Source: Planctomycetales bacterium (lineage in GTDB: Bacteria > Planctomycetota > UBA11346). Taken from it: DNA of 36,550 nt. This document shows, in pieces, positions 36,460 through 36,550 of the stretch (position 1 is the first letter of the stretch; each line of letters starts with the position of its first letter). The notes under the pieces are model-generated. The model was given only the letters and a program-made list of their open reading frames with translations, did not search any database and was not told the DNA's origin. The position numbers and the translations under genes were made by a program. The stretch spans positions 1 to 36,550 of the forward strand of contig JANYGY010000035.1 in assembly GCA_025362255.1 (NCBI GenBank). Direction: 5' to 3'.

Positions 36460-36550
36460 GGGCTTGGCATTTTCAATCGCTTGATCGAAAACCGGCATCG
36501 GATCCGATTTCAGCTTGTCTGCGATCTGATCCATGGCGGTGTAGAAGACC
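36456..36550 (-). repeat. right arm of terminal inverted duplication (inverted partial rpsG copy reaching the window end)
   Basis: The minus strand encodes ...VFYTAMDQIADKLKSDPMPVFDQAIENAKPL, identical in protein to the plus-strand S7 segment. The three nucleotide mismatches are at 36460, 36478 and 36481. Confidence 0.9.

Noticed and set aside
35914-36534. 206-aa minus-strand ORF beginning MDQIADKLKSDPMPVFDQAIENAKPL...
   Set aside because: Its first ~26 residues are a genuine S7 fragment, but only because the inverted rpsG copy at the window end supplies them. The remainder is the antisense of the plus-strand rpsG and the rpsL-rpsG spacer. It is a by-product of the inverted duplication, not a gene.

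Overview
GC-rich bacterial chromosomal window, read by eye with no database search. All product calls rest on recognised motifs and gene order.

**Right half (about 21.3-36.5 kb): core translation/transcription locus**
- Gene order is tRNA-Thr(UGU), tRNA-Tyr, tRNA-Gly, tRNA-Thr(GGU), tuf, rpmG, tRNA-Trp, secE, nusG, rplK, rplA, rplJ, rplL, rpoB, rpoC, rpsL, rpsG.
- rpmG is a 53-aa ORF missing from the supplied track.

**Left half (1-21.2 kb): mixed accessory and housekeeping genes**
- Lipid-modification cluster: CFA-synthase fragment, DUF2878, DUF1295 and a second CFA-family methyltransferase.
- An orphan prepilin-like H-X9-DG-type protein.
- A GH13-like protein with apparently non-canonical catalytic positions.
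- An MBL-fold hydrolase.
- A fused PilM/PilN-like protein.
- A 1155-aa SWIM + SNF2 helicase.
- DUF1475, a chalcone-isomerase-like protein and an SDR.
- A tightly packed folE, Fe-S (6-4)-photolyase-like, ABC ATPase, double-FtsX permease, AttH/CrtC-like lipoprotein string.
- A PPi-type phosphofructokinase.

**Likely source:** the H-X9-DG-like pseudopilin and the divergent EF-Tu effector loop suggest a Planctomycetota-like (PVC) organism. This is inference only.

**Not found:** CRISPR array, IS/transposase, integrase, rRNA, or any recognised defence system.

**Observations most worth a second look**
1. The window ends in an inverted, 92/95-identical copy of an internal rpsG segment. It truncates S7, and all three mismatches are synonymous.
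2. A 22-bp hairpin plus a duplicated start region sits between the PilMN-like gene and the SWIM-SNF2 gene.
3. Start/stop overlaps link folE and the photolyase to an AttEFGH-like exporter.
4. The rpsL start lies inside the end of rpoC, and a long structured rpsL-rpsG spacer follows.

I found no convincing self-contained novel system. The candidates above are hypotheses.
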